Shown here: positions 1 through 64,000 of the stretch, one piece after another
How positions within the stretch are numbered: position 1 is the stretch's first letter
Layout: each line of letters begins with the position of its first letter
Made by a program: the position numbers and the translations under genes
Notes under the pieces: model-generated
Seen by the model: the letters and a program-made list of their open reading frames with translations, nothing else
Databases searched by the model: none
What the model was told of the DNA's origin: nothing
Origin: Hormiphora californensis
Taxonomy: Eukaryota > Animalia > Ctenophora
DNA length: 64,000 bases
Assembly (NCBI GenBank): GCA_020137815.1
Contig: CM035360.1
Location: 7,936,001-8,000,000, forward strand
Direction: 5' to 3'

Positions 1-657
1 TAAAACCGTTTCCAACATAATGGGAGGTCATTTTTTTGCAATTTGGGTCAGATATGACCCTATCGTCGTTATAGAGATCAAACCTTGCTTTTAGACAATT
101 TACTGGCCAGTTCTCAACCGCAAAAGCCGTTGTGGGCAAGAAAAAACAACCTGAGTAACCACTGCAAGGTTGAAACTAAACTAGAAAAACAGTTTTTACT
201 CAAACAAAGCTTCAGAATTTGTAGTCCAGAGACTGTGAAAATACGTTTTTAATTACACTGTACATCGGAGAGCGAACTGTATTGACACATTAATTATCTA
301 AAAGTGGCTCCATGGTTCTGAATCCACCCTGTACCTCTTTCTGGCAAGCGTGGCTGGGGGAGAGGGTGGTCACTTTTGCGCTTGCCAGCGCAGTAATACG
401 GTGCTAATACGTCTATAACTCTATAGTATGTCTCCCGCTAATCTTTATTTGCCTTTGTGTCATATCTCTAGTACGTCTAGCGTAGTATTATAATAGTCTC
501 AAGCAGACAAGCAAATATATTACGTTTATACGTTTATTAAGTTTTGACTACGAGTCGATATAAAATCAGACAATTGCCAAACTGTGTGATAAGTGATAAC
601 TGTGTAGTAATTGCATCTGTTAACCATTTTCCATTATCACCTAATCCTCTACTCCAG

Positions 658-63479
<62,822 letters not shown>

Positions 63480-63519
63480 TAGATTGCAACTGATATTTTG
63501 ATACTTTTTTGAATTTTGA

Positions 63520-63955
63520 TTCCACGTGCGGCATTTCCGAACTCCATGAATAACACTTCTCCGCCCAACACAATTAGTCATAACGTTAGCCATTTCTGAG
63601 GTTTCCCTGAGTCCCGTGTCCGCCTAGCCTGAGAACATCCACAAAACTTTCTTAGGGCGCAATCGTCTGGAAGTTCCGTGGAGAGGCTCTTAAAATAAAT
63701 CTGGTTGAGCGTAAGTTCAGGGTGACGTACAGCGTGACCGACAAGTCTGAGTCTCCTTTCTGCGATTTTGGTTATAGGATTTTAGGATAGGGAGGTTTCC
63801 GATACCGTACAGTATAGCATTGCTTAAAGAGGTACTGGTTTTTATTACTCTAATATTCAGTGCCATCCGTAGCATCCTCGTGTAGGTACCGTCAATACTT
63901 CTTTCCATGTCTTTAGTGAGCGTCCAGCCTTCACATCCATATTTCAACCATTGCA
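63520..63955 (-). mobile_element. 3' fragment of a related RTE-group LINE
   Basis: YGCEGWTLTKDMERSIDGTYTRMLRMAL matches the 36.8-39.3 kb element. Confidence 0.85.
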
Positions 63956-64000
63956 ACAAAAAGTCATTAAAGTAAGAGTGGCGCGCCGTGTTTTCTCACA

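Overview
Eukaryotic (animal) genomic DNA, AT-rich and dense in transposons. The repeat families look, from memory only, like those of ctenophores such as Pleurobrachia. One + strand gene spans the whole window: a multi-exon ABCC transporter with SUR/ABCC8-9-like features. By hand I traced 31 GT-AG exons covering TMD0-L0-TMD1-NBD1-linker-TMD2 and the start of NBD2; both ends of the gene lie outside the window. The protein has three odd features: an ~200-aa basic, RGG-rich NBD1-TMD2 linker carried on symmetric phase-1 exons, a His-to-Ser H-loop in NBD1 (as in CFTR), and an ~100-aa extracellular loop with 7 N-glycosylation sequons. Exons 14-21 appear twice. The two copies differ only by synonymous SNPs and TE presence/absence, and they are followed by a noisy chimeric stretch, so this is most likely two haplotypes assembled in tandem. 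The introns hold an apparently intact 6.0-kb Academ-type DNA transposon (5 exons, ~1441 aa: transposase, FEN1/XPG-like nuclease, Cys-rich tail) with a cognate MITE, plus a truncated RTE-group LINE. They also hold many fold-back elements with termini of several superfamilies, antiparallel Helitron pairs, a modular ~467-bp tandem array, a Tc1-type excision footprint and microsatellites. All alignments were done by eye; no database search was run.
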